64,000 nucleotides of DNA from assembly GCF_964204645.1 (NCBI RefSeq), contig NC_134027.1, positions 19,740,560 through 19,804,559 on the forward strand, read 5' to 3'. The number at the start of each line of letters is the position of its first letter. Position 1 is the stretch's first letter. Below are positions 49,201 through 61,284 of this stretch, piece by piece. The position numbers and the translations under genes are program-made. The stretch comes from Tubulanus polymorphus (Eukaryota > Animalia > Nemertea). The notes under the pieces are model-generated. The model was not told the DNA's origin. It did no database searches and worked only from the letters and a program-made list of their open reading frames with translations.

Positions 49201-50361
49201 CCATATAATATCGTTCAGCTCACTGAGATCTACAAATAGCCCGCGTGTTTTTTCACGAATCATCGTTACAAAAGCGCTGTCGGGCCGTAAACATCGAAAA
49301 TTTAGCCCCATTCAATGGGGCAACATGTTTTTCGAGTCGTCATCCCGAAATCAACCCGCAGGCCGACTGTCACTTCGATTATCAATTCAAGTATAAATGA
49401 ACTAATTTATTGCCGCAGACTTCACATTCAGTCGCGGTCTTCAAACAGTGATTTTAACAATAGCCCATTTTCCTCATCAAATCATATTACCGATACACTG
49501 GAAATTTACTACTTTAGATTTTAAAAGCACATCGACGAATCGACGTGTGTTACTACATCGACGTTCCGGGGATCAGCTGCGAGTTTCTCCTCATCATGAG
49601 TCAAATCGAGTACAAATTAATTTATTACTACCAGTGATTTGGCTGCGGGTTTCAAGGAGTTAGTTTGACAATACCTATTTTTCTTTACCGAATTAACCGT
49701 GTATTTACTAAGATAAATCTTTAGTGTACCGGGGAGTCGTAGGCCTAAACTAAACACGCCGAAGAGATATAGCGGAGAAAAGCTGTTATGTCGACGAGGT
49801 ATCAAAATAAAAAAATGTATTACTTTATTCGGCCGCGGGCTTCAACCTCTATATCAATACCATCAATACTCTATATTTCCTACAGTACATACCGATCATT
49901 GTCAAATGCACAAGGTATTTACTAAATACAAGTATATAACACACTCCTTTCCGTATGCTGGACTCACGCTTGACATTCGGAGTAAGCATTCGCTGTGGGG
50001 GAAAGGAGATCGTTCGCTGTGTCGCTTGAAGTGTTTATCGAGTTTTACGCGGCTTTAGGCCTACCGGTACTGAGCTTTACTAAACAAACACAGTATAATT
50101 GTTGCGTTTATTAACGGACTTATTGGATTGAACTTCAAAACAAAATTTACGATATTTAGGTGGGTTGTTATTCAATTGGCCTACGACCAATCTGTCCAGA
50201 TTTTAGACCTACGCATATACATAGGCCTACAAAGGCTTGTAGCCTCTACTAGGTTAAAGCTAAGTTCACTGTAAAGGAGGAATCAAGATTTATTAAAATG
50301 CAGAACTAAATACAAGTATACAACACACTCCTATCCGTATGCTGGACTCACACTTGACATT
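46203..50361. repeat. Macro-repeat units, right part (includes 32-bp array 46725-47835)
   Basis: Collinear with 23700-27700. Confidence 0.88.
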
Positions 50362-50560
50362 AGTAATAGGGGTTTAGTTGTTCTAGATCAAAGGTCGAAC
50401 GGTCGAGCTCGTAAAAAATGAAAAAATATGAAAATAACTATAATTTCTATTTGAATTACTCGCGAATTTCATAAAAAATGAGTAATTGGGAAAGTGGGGT
50501 TTCAGATCAGAGGTCGAAGGTCGAACACTCATCACCACAAGTAATTTTTTTTCCTAATAA

Positions 50561-50887
50561 ATGGGAGATAGAAAAGCATTCTTAGCAACAATAAATAACA
50601 GAATTAAACCAACAAAAAAACAATTTGAAATAAAAAAGTTAGTTGATGTTACAAAAGAAATTGAACATAAGATATTGAAATTAGAAAAGATAAAAACTAA
50701 ATATGGAGAGAAAGTATCAGCGAATTTAAGCTACTGTAATGTTAGTACATCGCGAGAATTTAAAGTGTTTTTACCTGATAAATGGGTTTCATTGAGTACA
50801 GAGGAATTAAAAGATTTAGAAGGATTTAAAATAATCTATCATGGGAAAAATGAAGACGGGCATCATGATTTAGAAATTGTTGATTAA
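50561..50887 (+). CDS. Polinton small hypothetical protein
   Basis: Intact 108-aa ORF with the element's T-tract/TAAATG start; 'TKYGEKV...FKVFLP'. Confidence 0.7.
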   Translation: MGDRKAFLATINNRIKPTKKQFEIKKLVDVTKEIEHKILKLEKIKTKYGEKVSANLSYCNVSTSREFKVFLPDKWVSLSTEELKDLEGFKIIYHGKNEDGHHDLEIVD

Positions 50888-52044
50888 ATAAGAAATAAAA
50901 ATAATGAATATCTAGAATCCAAAATTACCTTAGTCGTTTTATAAACAACTACAATCATACAATCAAACATCTGTTACATGTTATTATAAGAGAGTGCTTC
51001 ATTTGAATATTGATCAATCAAACAGGTGTTGCACAACGTTGTTGTTATATTGGATAGCTAGCAGTTATATAATAAGCACGCAGTACATACAACACACACA
51101 GGCCAGTTAGCCGGCATTGAACGCAGTACATACAACACACACAGGCCATTTAGCCGGCATTGAACTACCACGTTTTCATTGGTTGCTGAAAGCGAGGTTT
51201 ATTTAAATTAGCTCGGCCGTGACGACAGGAGGATAGTCATCATTCTCTCTCGTGATTAAAAGGAATATTTCAATGTTTTTACGGTAAGTTTTAGCAAAAC
51301 CACCCGACAGGGGATAAGCATCCCGTTATTGAGAGGCGCCACGAGATACCTATCCCCAAGCATTTCTACTTACACCCCTGTGACCCACACCTCGCCAATT
51401 CTCCTTCAATGGTTGACAGGAAACACATTATATTAAAGGCGCCTAATGCATTTCCTATCAACCCCTTACCCCCGAAAGGAGGATCGAAAGTCGAAACTGA
51501 AGGAGAACCACGGAGGGTGGACAAAGGTGCATTTTCGAAATGCCCCTGCAAGCCAAGCCCGGCGGCACTACAGTGGTCGAATGAATTGCCTTATATACTT
51601 AGCTAAAACACCTAAGTAAATGTTGCTGGTGCTAAAAAAAATATGTGAAATTTGAAATTATAAATTATTCCGAATGAAAAGAATATAAGAATGAAAACTG
51701 ATAAATGAATTATGGATTTTTAACTTAATTATAATATAATTTTTAATCAAATTAGTAATCAATTACTATGTTAATTGATAAACAAATTCAAATTCAAATA
51801 TTCATTTTAGCATACCCAGTGCTGTCATCTTTCAATTTAAGAAAAAACTAATAGTAAGAAACGACTGTAATACAATATTCAAGTAAAAACAAAATAAATT
51901 AATAAAAATAATGAATATCTAGAATCCGAAATGACTTATCTGGACAATTTAATTGCTCCGCATAGATAGACAAAAGTAGTGAGATATTCAATTAATATTC
52001 AATTAATTAAAAAAAATTATTTTTTTTGCTTTTTTTCTAAAATA

Positions 52045-52413
52045 TTAATCCATTTTCTTTATTATCAATTTTGGAATTTCAGAAGTATTTTCATTTTTGA
52101 TCGCAGTTGTTTCAGAATTATTAATATCATGAATTTTATTTGATTTCTTATACCAATTACACCCAATCAAAATGAATACAATTACAAATCCAACTGTAAA
52201 ATATAGACATTTATCAAATATTCTACTATCAGAAGGAGTAGAAAAAACAATATTTTCACCATTTTTATTAACATTTTTATTACTTATTTTTTCTTTTACA
52301 GCTTTTTTATATTCTTGTGATTTAATTCCTAATTGCCGAGACCATTCAATTTGTTTCTGAGTTCTCGGTTTTTTCTTCACAGTTAATTCCTTCACTTCTT
52401 TCACCTCGCTCAT
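52045..52413 (-). CDS. Small basic single-TM protein
   Basis: Homolog of 10571..10930. Confidence 0.75.
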   Translation of the reverse strand: MSEVKEVKELTVKKKPRTQKQIEWSRQLGIKSQEYKKAVKEKISNKNVNKNGENIVFSTPSDSRIFDKCLYFTVGFVIVFILIGCNWYKKSNKIHDINNSETTAIKNENTSEIPKLIIKKMD

Positions 52414-52951
52414 TTATTAAAGAAATATTTTTACTTTCAATATTTGAAAATGTTATAACCCCAGTTGATAATAATGTCATAAATCCACCTAATTGAAACG
52501 ATAAATATCCAATCCATTTATTTAATTCAGTCATAACTAAATAATCATTTTTTAAATCGGAATATAATCTATTTTCATCTTCAATTGGTAGTATATAATT
52601 ACATAATTTACTATAACCTTTTACTACATTTTCTGATATCGCGTCATTAATTCTAGCTGTTCTCGCGGCTTCATAAATCTTAAATAATCTAATAATTTCA
52701 ACTGATTTCATTGTATCTAATTCATTATAAGTTAAATTTTTATCGACAAAATTTTTACATTTTCCAGATGCTATTAATATTTCTAATTGATGTTTGCAAT
52801 AAAGATAATATTCATAATTATTATTTGTTGTAACATTATTTAAAGCACCATCATCTGGAATTAATTTGTTTTCTGTTATTCCTAAATCATCTAAAGTTTT
52901 TTCAATTGGAACATCACCATTTTTAGATTTTATTTTATTTTCACCTACCAT
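52346..52951 (-). CDS. Conserved Polinton hypothetical protein
   Basis: Homolog of 10944-11514. Confidence 0.8.
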   Translation of the reverse strand: MVGENKIKSKNGDVPIEKTLDDLGITENKLIPDDGALNNVTTNNNYEYYLYCKHQLEILIASGKCKNFVDKNLTYNELDTMKSVEIIRLFKIYEAARTARINDAISENVVKGYSKLCNYILPIEDENRLYSDLKNDYLVMTELNKWIGYLSFQLGGFMTLLSTGVITFSNIESKNISLINERGERSEGINCEEKTENSETN

Positions 52952-53117
52952 TTATATAACAAAAAAAATTAGTTGTGATGTTGCAACTAGAATTTAACTA
53001 GAATGTAACTAGAATTCAACTAGATTAACAAGCTAGTTAAAATATTGTCAAATCTAGTTGATTTTTGTTCCAACTACCAATAACTAGAATTCAACTAGAT
53101 TAACAAACTAATTGAAT

Positions 53118-53726
53118 TTAAATAAATTCATATTTAAATGGGTGTTGTAATCTAAATAATAATTTTGATCTTTTAATATTTTTCAACTTATCCATATATT
53201 CATTATGTAAATCATGTGGAATAATATCATTTTCCTCAAGTGCATTTTTCATCGATTTTCTATCTTTACTGTAGAATAAAACAGGAAATCTAATGTTTTC
53301 TCTAAAGTCTTTAACAATTGAATTATATTTTTGATTTAAAACCCATGTTGTTATCCCAAAATGTCTCCCAGAGAAAGCTAGATAACATAACTCACTTTCT
53401 CTAACTTTTGAATCATGTAAATTTGCGCAATCATCTATGATGAATAATGTATTTGATCCTTTATAAATATCAATTGCTATTTTAACACAATTATTTAAAT
53501 TTTCTTTTACTGTTTTAGGATCTAATATAATAAATTTATTATTTTTAGTAATATTTCTATCATAAGTTTGATCAAATTCATACGTTGGGCAAAATAATAC
53601 TATATTATCAAAATAGTTTTCATAAAGAGTTTCTAATAAATTTAATATAAAATAAGTTTTTCCACAATTTGTTACGCCAGATATTAACATATTATGAGGC
53701 TCAAATATAAATAATTCTTTATTCAT
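53118..53726 (-). CDS. Genome-packaging ATPase (A32/FtsK-HerA type)
   Basis: Walker A GVTNCGKT, Walker B LFIIDD, 'GRHFGI...LNQKY..I....REN'. Confidence 0.92.
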   Translation of the reverse strand: MNKELFIFEPHNMLISGVTNCGKTYFILNLLETLYENYFDNIVLFCPTYEFDQTYDRNITKNNKFIILDPKTVKENLNNCVKIAIDIYKGSNTLFIIDDCANLHDSKVRESELCYLAFSGRHFGITTWVLNQKYNSIVKDFRENIRFPVLFYSKDRKSMKNALEENDIIPHDLHNEYMDKLKNIKRSKLLFRLQHPFKYEFI

Positions 53727-54855
53727 TTATATATTTTTAATTTTACTTGATAATATCCATTCGTTGAATTTATCTGGCCATCCAACCCATTTTACTAAAG
53801 AATATTTTTTTCTTTTAATAGTTTTTGTTTTTAATACTTTTTCAATTTTATATTCTTGTTCTAGATTTTCAGTAGTTAAACTCAATTCTTCTTCATAAAA
53901 ATACCCATCAACTTCTTCACCATCTAAATCTTCTAATTTATAGACATATGGTTTTGTTGTTATTACCTTTTTTATTTTATATATTTCCCTAGTAAAATTT
54001 CGATCGTATCCTTTGTCAAATATCTTTTTTATACTTAGAAATTCTAACATTTTGACCAACTTTAAATTTAGGTTCACCAAAATCATCTACAAGAAATGCT
54101 CCATATAAATTATTCCAAACAATTTCAGCATTTTCAGGTTTTCTAGCATCAATAGGTTTCATTCCAATAGAAGAATGATAAGAATTATTATATCCTTCTA
54201 TCAATTTTGGTAAAACATCAATCCATTTAAAAGTATTATTTGCTGTAAAATATTTCCACATTCTTGTTCTTAATGTTCTATTAAATCGTTCAACAACTGC
54301 TGCTATTTTATCCGATTTTGTTGAAAAATATTTAATATTATGATTATCTAAGAGTTCATGAACAAGTGAATTATCAAATTCTTTTCCATCATCAAATTGT
54401 ATTTTTTCTGGTTTTATTTTATCATCCGAAAGAAATTTTCTTAAAACATTTGATGTTTGTACAGCATCTTTTCTATAAAGTGGGAAGCTCCATACATAAC
54501 GACTAAAAATATCAATTATATTCAATAACCACCAATAATCATCATTATCTTTCTTAACATTTTTCATATCAATTAAATCTCCTTGCCACTGTTGATCTAC
54601 ATAACTTACCATAGTTTTACGAGTTTTATATTTTCTAACAATTTTTTTATGTGTTGTATATGTTGGTTGTTCTAACATAAATTCATTTATATCTTTATAT
54701 TTAACTAAATTTTGTGGGATTATCTTATCTAATTTATCTTGTTTTACTTTACGCCATATATTTTTGGTAGAAGAATAAGCAACCGAACTCTCAGGGTTGT
54801 AATATAAATTTCTTAAATATTGTTCTTTAGTATTAGGAGTTTTTTTACCTCCCAT
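53727..54855 (-). pseudogene. rve integrase with chromodomain (one frameshift near 54020)
   Basis: QWQGDLIDM, IDIFSRY, QFDDGKEF, VERFNRTLR; tail YKIEKVLK...SLVKWVGWPDKFNEWI. Confidence 0.93.
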
Positions 54856-54885
54856 TTATATATCGTTAATTTTAACTTTATATTT

Positions 54886-56133
54886 CTAATATTGAATACT
54901 ATCTAACTGTGAATTTACAATATTTAATTGTGCGTCAGATATAATATAAATGTGCATTTTGAAATTTTTGTCTCCTTTTTTTTTCATAAATAATTGTATT
55001 CCATCTTTAGTGTTCTGTAATTTCTTCCCTGAACCATGTAATGAATTATCCCCTGTTGTTCTAAAATCTAACCATAATGCATATTTATTGCCGGTATAAT
55101 AATCAATTTGATTAATATTACAATTTCCAAATGATTTTACTTTTTCATTCATAAAATGTTTTCTAATTTCTGGCCACTGATCTATCATTCTCATTCCTTG
55201 ACAAAATATTTTATTTGCTATTCCTTCGATAGTTATTTCTACTTTTGTTATTTCAGGATTATAATAATTATCAACATTTATTGCGCCATTAGTATATGTT
55301 GCAATGGTAAAAAATATTAATATGCCTTTAATAGATCTTCTTGGGAAGTTAATATTCTCATTAATTATTTCATCATTTGCATTAATAGTTACGGTTTTAA
55401 ATTTATCAATATAATCATATAATAATGAAAATCCTTGATTGTATTGAGTTTGAATTATACTTGAAATATTTTCATTAGTTACTGTATCATATTCTAAACA
55501 TATATTCGATAATTTATAACTCATATCTTTAACAACGCTAGATAATACAATTTCATTTACAGGAGCAAATGTTATCTCAAATATAATATCTTCTTGAATT
55601 GCGTATTTATATAAAGGTGCATTATTATTTATCAATTCAAAGTCTAATGGAATTTTATATTTGTTCCACATATATATTTTTTTAATCAATTTATCTACAG
55701 CATTAGTTAATATTGCGCTATTAGCTTCTGATCTTAATTTATTTTGGTTTTCTGATTGGATGCCTTGAAATATCATATTATTTCTATTTTCTTTAGTTAA
55801 CCATAAATCTTTATAATGCATAAATAAATTATAATCATCTAATGAGAAAACTGTTTCTGGACCAATCTTTATTGTTAACTTTTTAATCAAATATCTTCCA
55901 ACATTATCAACAACATAATTATTATTATTACCGATTACTTTTATATCGGCCGATAAATAAATACTATTTGGAACATAAAAAGTATTTTGTGTTAATCGAG
56001 GGATTCTAACGTATAAAGTTTCATCGGGATTAATATTTGAAGGGTTATGAGTAATTATATGCTGTGATCTTTCTGCTTTAATAGCATTAGATATTCTAGA
56101 AATCTTAGAAGGATTGATATAACTCCCACTCAT
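54886..56133 (-). CDS. Major capsid protein (double jelly-roll, hexon-like)
   Basis: 415 aa, beta-rich; 'NPSNINPDETLYVRIPRL', 'Y.LSNI.LEYD', 'YNP.ITKV.ITIEG', 'K.ALWLD.R...D..LHGSG'; size and position fit. Confidence 0.8.
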   Translation of the reverse strand: MSGSYINPSKISRISNAIKAERSQHIITHNPSNINPDETLYVRIPRLTQNTFYVPNSIYLSADIKVIGNNNNYVVDNVGRYLIKKLTIKIGPETVFSLDDYNLFMHYKDLWLTKENRNNMIFQGIQSENQNKLRSEANSAILTNAVDKLIKKIYMWNKYKIPLDFELINNNAPLYKYAIQEDIIFEITFAPVNEIVLSSVVKDMSYKLSNICLEYDTVTNENISSIIQTQYNQGFSLLYDYIDKFKTVTINANDEIINENINFPRRSIKGILIFFTIATYTNGAINVDNYYNPEITKVEITIEGIANKIFCQGMRMIDQWPEIRKHFMNEKVKSFGNCNINQIDYYTGNKYALWLDFRTTGDNSLHGSGKKLQNTKDGIQLFMKKKGDKNFKMHIYIISDAQLNIVNSQLDSIQY

Positions 56134-56153
56134 TTATTTAATAAAAAAATTTA

Positions 56154-57590
56154 TTATTTATTTTTTGATATCATATTTACTAACCCAAAAATAATAGCAC
56201 TTACAACTGTAATTAAAAATAAAATAATATGTTCAGCAGCAAAGTTAAGAATATTACCTGCAGATTTCAATATAAAACCAACAAATGATGCAATAATTCC
56301 TGGTAAAGCTGCAGCAGATTTTTTATATAGTCGCCATAAATATTTTGCTAATTTTTTTAAACCATCCTTAACTTTATCTTGTATAGAATTGTTATCATTC
56401 TGGGGTTTATCCGGTTTATTGGTAGTAGGAGTAGATTTCAAAGCATTTGATATTGCTAAACCAATTGTTGTAAATAACATAGTTACAGCTGTTAGAATTG
56501 AAAGAATTGTTATTCCTTCTAATTTAAATAATAACTTTATTCTATCTTTCAGTGATATTTCAGAATTTGGTTTAATCAACAAATCTTTAAAAATAACTTT
56601 TAATCTATTTATATTATAATCATATGATTTTAATAATAATTTAATTTCTTCTTTTTGTACTTCTAAATTATCTTTTAAATTATTAATTTCTTTTTCTAAA
56701 CGTAATTCTTTTTGTCTATATTCTATTTCATCAATTACTTGATGATCTAAATCAGACTTTAATTGTTCTATTTCTTTATTTTTATCAGTTAATTCTTTTT
56801 CCGAATACATAATTTTTTGATCTCTTATACTTTTATTATGTGCAATTTTATCAGATGCAAGTCTTATACTAATAATTTCTCCAATTGCTTTATCAGAAAA
56901 TATATCTAAATCTTCTAATTCTTGATCTGTTGCATCAAGTAATCCATTCGGTAAAAGTTTTTCAATTGGAACTTTATTTGATTTAAGTTTACTATTTTTG
57001 AAAGTTATATTCTGTTCAGAAGTTGTTTCTGTTTCTGATTTCTTTTTGATTATTTCAAATAATTCATTAATTCTTTGTTTAAATACGTCTATATTATCAT
57101 CTATTTCTTTTTGTGTAACATCAGTTATTTCATTACTATTACTTATTATTTTAATTCTCTCTGGTTTTAATTTTTCTAAAGTTGATTCTGATAATATTTC
57201 ATTTTTATTATTTTTATAAGTGATATCAATATAATAATCACCTTTCAAACGATAATAACATTTACCATTATCTAAAAATTTTAATTGATCTGCTAAAAGT
57301 CCAACGTCTTCATCATTTATGTTAAGTTAAGATTTTTCAATTAAATCTTCTAATTTAGGTATTTTGTTTAAATTATCTAAATCTTGTTTTACTAAATCTG
57401 GGTCTAAATTTTCAGGATTTAATTGTGATTCTGCATTTTTAATATAATCAGGCATATTTAAATTATTATTATATTCTGGTTCATTACCATCATTAAAACT
57501 TGTTTCATCAAAATCAGGTGGTTGTTCATCAGTTATACCAGGTTCATCAAAATTATCCATTCCAATATCTTCTCCACCTTCTACATCCAT
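56154..57590 (-). pseudogene. Coiled-coil protein with acidic N-terminus and C-terminal hydrophobic helices (split into 57327..57590 and 56154..57248)
   Basis: Single gene-start motif at 57590; 'EGITI.SILTA..M...TI', 'AAALPGIIAS.V.FIL'. Confidence 0.65.
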
Positions 57591-57606
57591 TTATATAATA
57601 AAAAAA

Positions 57607-58978
57607 TTAAAATTTAAAATATAATATTCCTCCGATTACAATTCCTATACAAGTTATAGCTAATTTAGTATTTTCATGGGATTTATTATCATCATTTAGT
57701 TTAATTATATCATGTTGAATATTATCAGTTTTAATATTTTCTGTAGTATCTTTTATTTTGGAATCATTATCCAATTTAATATTCTTAGTTTTAGTTTCTG
57801 TTGATTGAATGTGTTTTTTATTTTTGGAGCAGTAATAATCTTTTTATTTATATCATTTAACCCAAATGAATTATTTATTGTTGCAGTTTTAATTAGATTA
57901 TTATAACCAATTATATTTCCCATCTTTCATACTAAATCATTAGAAATAATTAATAGATTAGGGCCTATACAATAATTAAGCCTTACATGAGATTTATCTA
58001 AATAATTTTGATATCTTATAATGTTTTCTGGAATCGAACTATTTTTATCCTTATGAATTGAATCTTCAAATAAAACTTTAAATTGTTTCTGTGTATCGAA
58101 TGATGTATTTAAATTTCCAATTATTGGGGATCTTGTTTCAACTTGCGCACCTAAAATACATATCAAATAAGTTCTAATAGATTGATTTATTCTTTGTATA
58201 CCTGATTTTGTAAAACCTTCACTATTTTCTAAAATAAAATAAACCCAACCATTATTGTTTTCTTGTTCTAAATTATCATAAAATTTCGGTAATTTATTGA
58301 AATTAAATGTTTCTAAATCCTTTGTTTCTATTTTACCATAACCTAATTTATTAATTTATTATTATAGATATTATAAAAACTATTAGATGGTATGGGAAGT
58401 GCGCAATATTCTGCAATCTTTTTAGGGCAAGGAAATGATCTTATTGTTCCAATTTTTTTTCTAAAATGAGAATTATTTATATCTATATTAAATTCATTGC
58501 AAATTTTATAAAACTTTGATAAATTGATATTATTATCTAATTCTTTAAAATACCTAGATCCTGGTAAAGCGCACTCTAATTCATTTAATATTATTCTTAT
58601 TTTAAAGTATGTATGAAATCTAAATAAACTTTGAATTAATTTATATTTAGAATTATTCAAATGATCATTCCAACTAATTCCACATCCTGTTGTTGCACAA
58701 TAAACAGCAAAATTTAATTGGTTCTGCCAATACTTCATATTAGATTTTAATAACCATTGTTTTTCATCTTTCAATTTTTTAAAATTAATTAAATATACAT
58801 GAAATATATTTTCCATCTTTGCATTAAAATTATTAGTTTCAGTAACATAAATTTCTAATTTAGTTAATGAATCTAAAACTTGATTTCTATATGTTATATC
58901 TTTATTAAAATCTATTGCTGGAATATTATATTTAATTGATTTATTATATTGGAAAGCTTTTGGAAAACTATCTACCAT
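57607..58978 (-). pseudogene. Conserved Polinton hypothetical protein, multiply frameshifted
   Basis: ORF pieces 58343..58978 (WQNQLNFAVYCATTGCGIS) and 57927..58166 (ILGAQV.TRS.I.G) with a hydrophobic C-terminus. Confidence 0.6.
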
Positions 58979-58994
58979 TTATTTAATTAAAAAA

Positions 58995-59430
58995 TTAATA
59001 ATTTATTAATTCTTTTAATAATTTATCTTGTTCTTCAACTGTTATATGACCATTTAAACTTATTATATAATCTAGTGTATTCTTTAATTTATCAATTTCT
59101 TTTATATTAGTTTTAATTTTTTCTTTATTACTTTTTATATTTAATTTTGAACTTATACCAGTTAAAACACTTGAACTTAATCCTAACACACCAATTGATA
59201 TAGCTAAAGGTGTTAATGGACTGAATATTGCTAAAAATGTTATTACAGAACTAATTGTAACCGAACCACTTATAATCAAATAATATATAATTTTACTTTT
59301 TAGATATTTTTTTCTTTTTAACTTTTAAGTCACTTTCAAATTCTAATATTTGTTTTTCTAAATATATTTTTAATTTAGTTTTATTTATATCATGAGGAAT
59401 AATATCAATGCTATCAACTTTATCTTCCAT
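58995..59430 (-). pseudogene. Small two-TM protein (frameshifted)
   Basis: Start motif at ~59430; hydrophobic ORF 58995..59279. Confidence 0.55.
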
Positions 59431-59450
59431 TTATTTAGCAAAAAAAATTA

Positions 59451-59873
59451 CTAATTAGTAAATTTATATGCTACAAATATAACAATAACAGTTCCACCTA
59501 AAATCCATATTATTTCATATTTCTGTTGTTCTTTACTTGGGGTATAATAATCTGATAATTTAGGTTTGTATAGATGTAATTTTTCTTTATTGGTTACCGC
59601 GTTATATAAACTCATTGCATCATCAACTGATTGAAAATCTCTATGTGAAATCTTCTGATCATATAATTCTTTATTGATGTAATCCATATAGTTTTGTCTC
59701 TTTTCTCTATATTCTTCTGCAGCTTTATTGTATTTCTCTAACGCTAAGTTATGTCTTCTTTGTTCTCCTAATGAACTATTTTTATCAATATGTTTAAATA
59801 AATAACCACCACCAGTAAATGCTAAAGCGTTAACAATTGCCGATCCTATAATAGTTATAATTGCAGAAGCCAT
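59451..59873 (-). CDS. Small membrane protein
   Basis: 'GSAIVNALAFTGG.YLF', 'E..RHNLA.E', 'P.LSDYY.PS.EQ..YE'. Confidence 0.75.
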   Translation of the reverse strand: MASAIITIIGSAIVNALAFTGGGYLFKHIDKNSSLGEQRRHNLALEKYNKAAEEYREKRQNYMDYINKELYDQKISHRDFQSVDDAMSLYNAVTNKEKLHLYKPKLSDYYTPSKEQQKYEIIWILGGTVIVIFVAYKFTN

Positions 59874-59898
59874 TTATTTAGCAAAAAAAATTATGCAT

Positions 59899-60120
59899 TT
59901 ATATGGGAGGAATATATTTTTGTTTTTCCAAATAATCAATAGTTAAATTAGATAAAGTAATTGCTAATGTTAACTTTAAAATATCATTTATATCAAATCT
60001 ATCAACATTAACACTTCCCATTTTGAATACTTTTTTTAATACCATTGAATAACCAACAGTTCCATCTGATAGTAATGCTCCATTATATAATCCAGTTATT
60101 ATCCACTTATTATCACTCAT
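59899..60120 (-). CDS. Small hydrophobic protein
   Basis: 73-aa ORF with start motif; ends DYLEKQKYIP. Confidence 0.7.
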   Translation of the reverse strand: MSDNKWIITGLYNGALLSDGTVGYSMVLKKVFKMGSVNVDRFDINDILKLTLAITLSNLTIDYLEKQKYIPPI

Positions 60121-60137
60121 TTATTTATCAAAAAAAT

Positions 60138-60477
60138 TACTATCTTCAAAATATTTAGTTATCTTAGTGATGATTAATTCAACATTTATTTTATTACTAG
60201 TTTCATTTGTATATATTTCAATTATTATTTTTCTAATATCATCAATGATAAAATCTTCATCTAATTCATAAAATCTTAAAGATTCTCTAATTTAATTAGT
60301 AATCTTTTCTACATTTAAAGTTTCTTTATCTATTGTTGTTTTATACTCAAATGTTGTTTCATTAGAAAATACAATATTTTTGATTTGTGTAATTACATCA
60401 TTAATGTTAAATTTCATTTCTTTCTCACGTTTAAAATCGAACCCAAAACATATACTCGGTCCAACAGTTATATTCAT
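60138..60477 (-). pseudogene. Small hypothetical protein (interrupted)
   Basis: Start motif at 60477; ORF 60292..60477, with coding-like sequence continuing to ~60138. Confidence 0.45.
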
Positions 60478-60493
60478 TTATATAGTGAAAAAA

Positions 60494-61216
60494 TTACTCT
60501 TTACATCTTATAACTAATTCATAAATTACAGGAAAGTTATTCAAATCAATTAAATAACCATTATGATGTCTTATTTCTAATTTAAAATTATTGAAATGTG
60601 GAATACAAGGTTTGAAATCACATTCAGCTAAATTATAATTTATTTGAGTTCCAAATTGTTTGACATTTTTTAATGGTAAAATATTTAATAAACTAGAATT
60701 AAAAATTGTATCTTTAGTTGCTTCAAATGTTTTTGTTGGGTCAATTAGATTACAATAAATATAGAAATGTGTGTAAGGTATTATATTTGAGCTACCTTCT
60801 ACGTTTCCAGTAACAATACGCGGTTTAATTCCTAACATTTTAGCTATTGGTTTGTTTACCATAAATTTATTTTGTTCATTGGCTAACTTTATTTTAATTT
60901 TATCAGAACTATCACTTTTTATAAATCTAATTGAAAATTTATCTTCACTTTCAAGTTTTAATCGTGCTTTCCGATTAATTTCTTGGGCTAATGTTTCTAA
61001 ATTATATAATCCTAGTTTTAAAAATAGATGAAACCATTTATTTTTATTTCCAATATGAATTAAAAAGTCTCTATGTTCAAAAGTTTTAGCCGTTATATTA
61101 TAAAATGAGTTACATAAACATAATTTTCCATCTAATTGAACTAGTAAATTATGTGATTTATAATTTGTAAGTTTTCTAGAATCAACAAATATTCTGTATT
61201 CTTTTAATTCTACCAT
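60494..61216 (-). CDS. Minor capsid protein (penton-like)
   Basis: 'GLYN...L', 'YIYCNLID', 'SSLLNILP', 'I....G..IDLNNFPVIYELVIR' pattern; 240 aa. Confidence 0.7.
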   Translation of the reverse strand: MVELKEYRIFVDSRKLTNYKSHNLLVQLDGKLCLCNSFYNITAKTFEHRDFLIHIGNKNKWFHLFLKLGLYNLETLAQEINRKARLKLESEDKFSIRFIKSDSSDKIKIKLANEQNKFMVNKPIAKMLGIKPRIVTGNVEGSSNIIPYTHFYIYCNLIDPTKTFEATKDTIFNSSLLNILPLKNVKQFGTQINYNLAECDFKPCIPHFNNFKLEIRHHNGYLIDLNNFPVIYELVIRCKE

Positions 61217-61284
61217 TATTTATAACATAAAAAAATCACCGCTCATCACTAAAAATTAATTTTAATAAAATTTTTCCTAAATAA

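Noticed and set aside
540-57219. Numerous short ORFs antisense to TE genes (e.g. 540..851, 10605..10943, 19250..19756, 56389..56619)
   Set aside because: Shadow frames of genes on the opposite strand, with no independent motifs.
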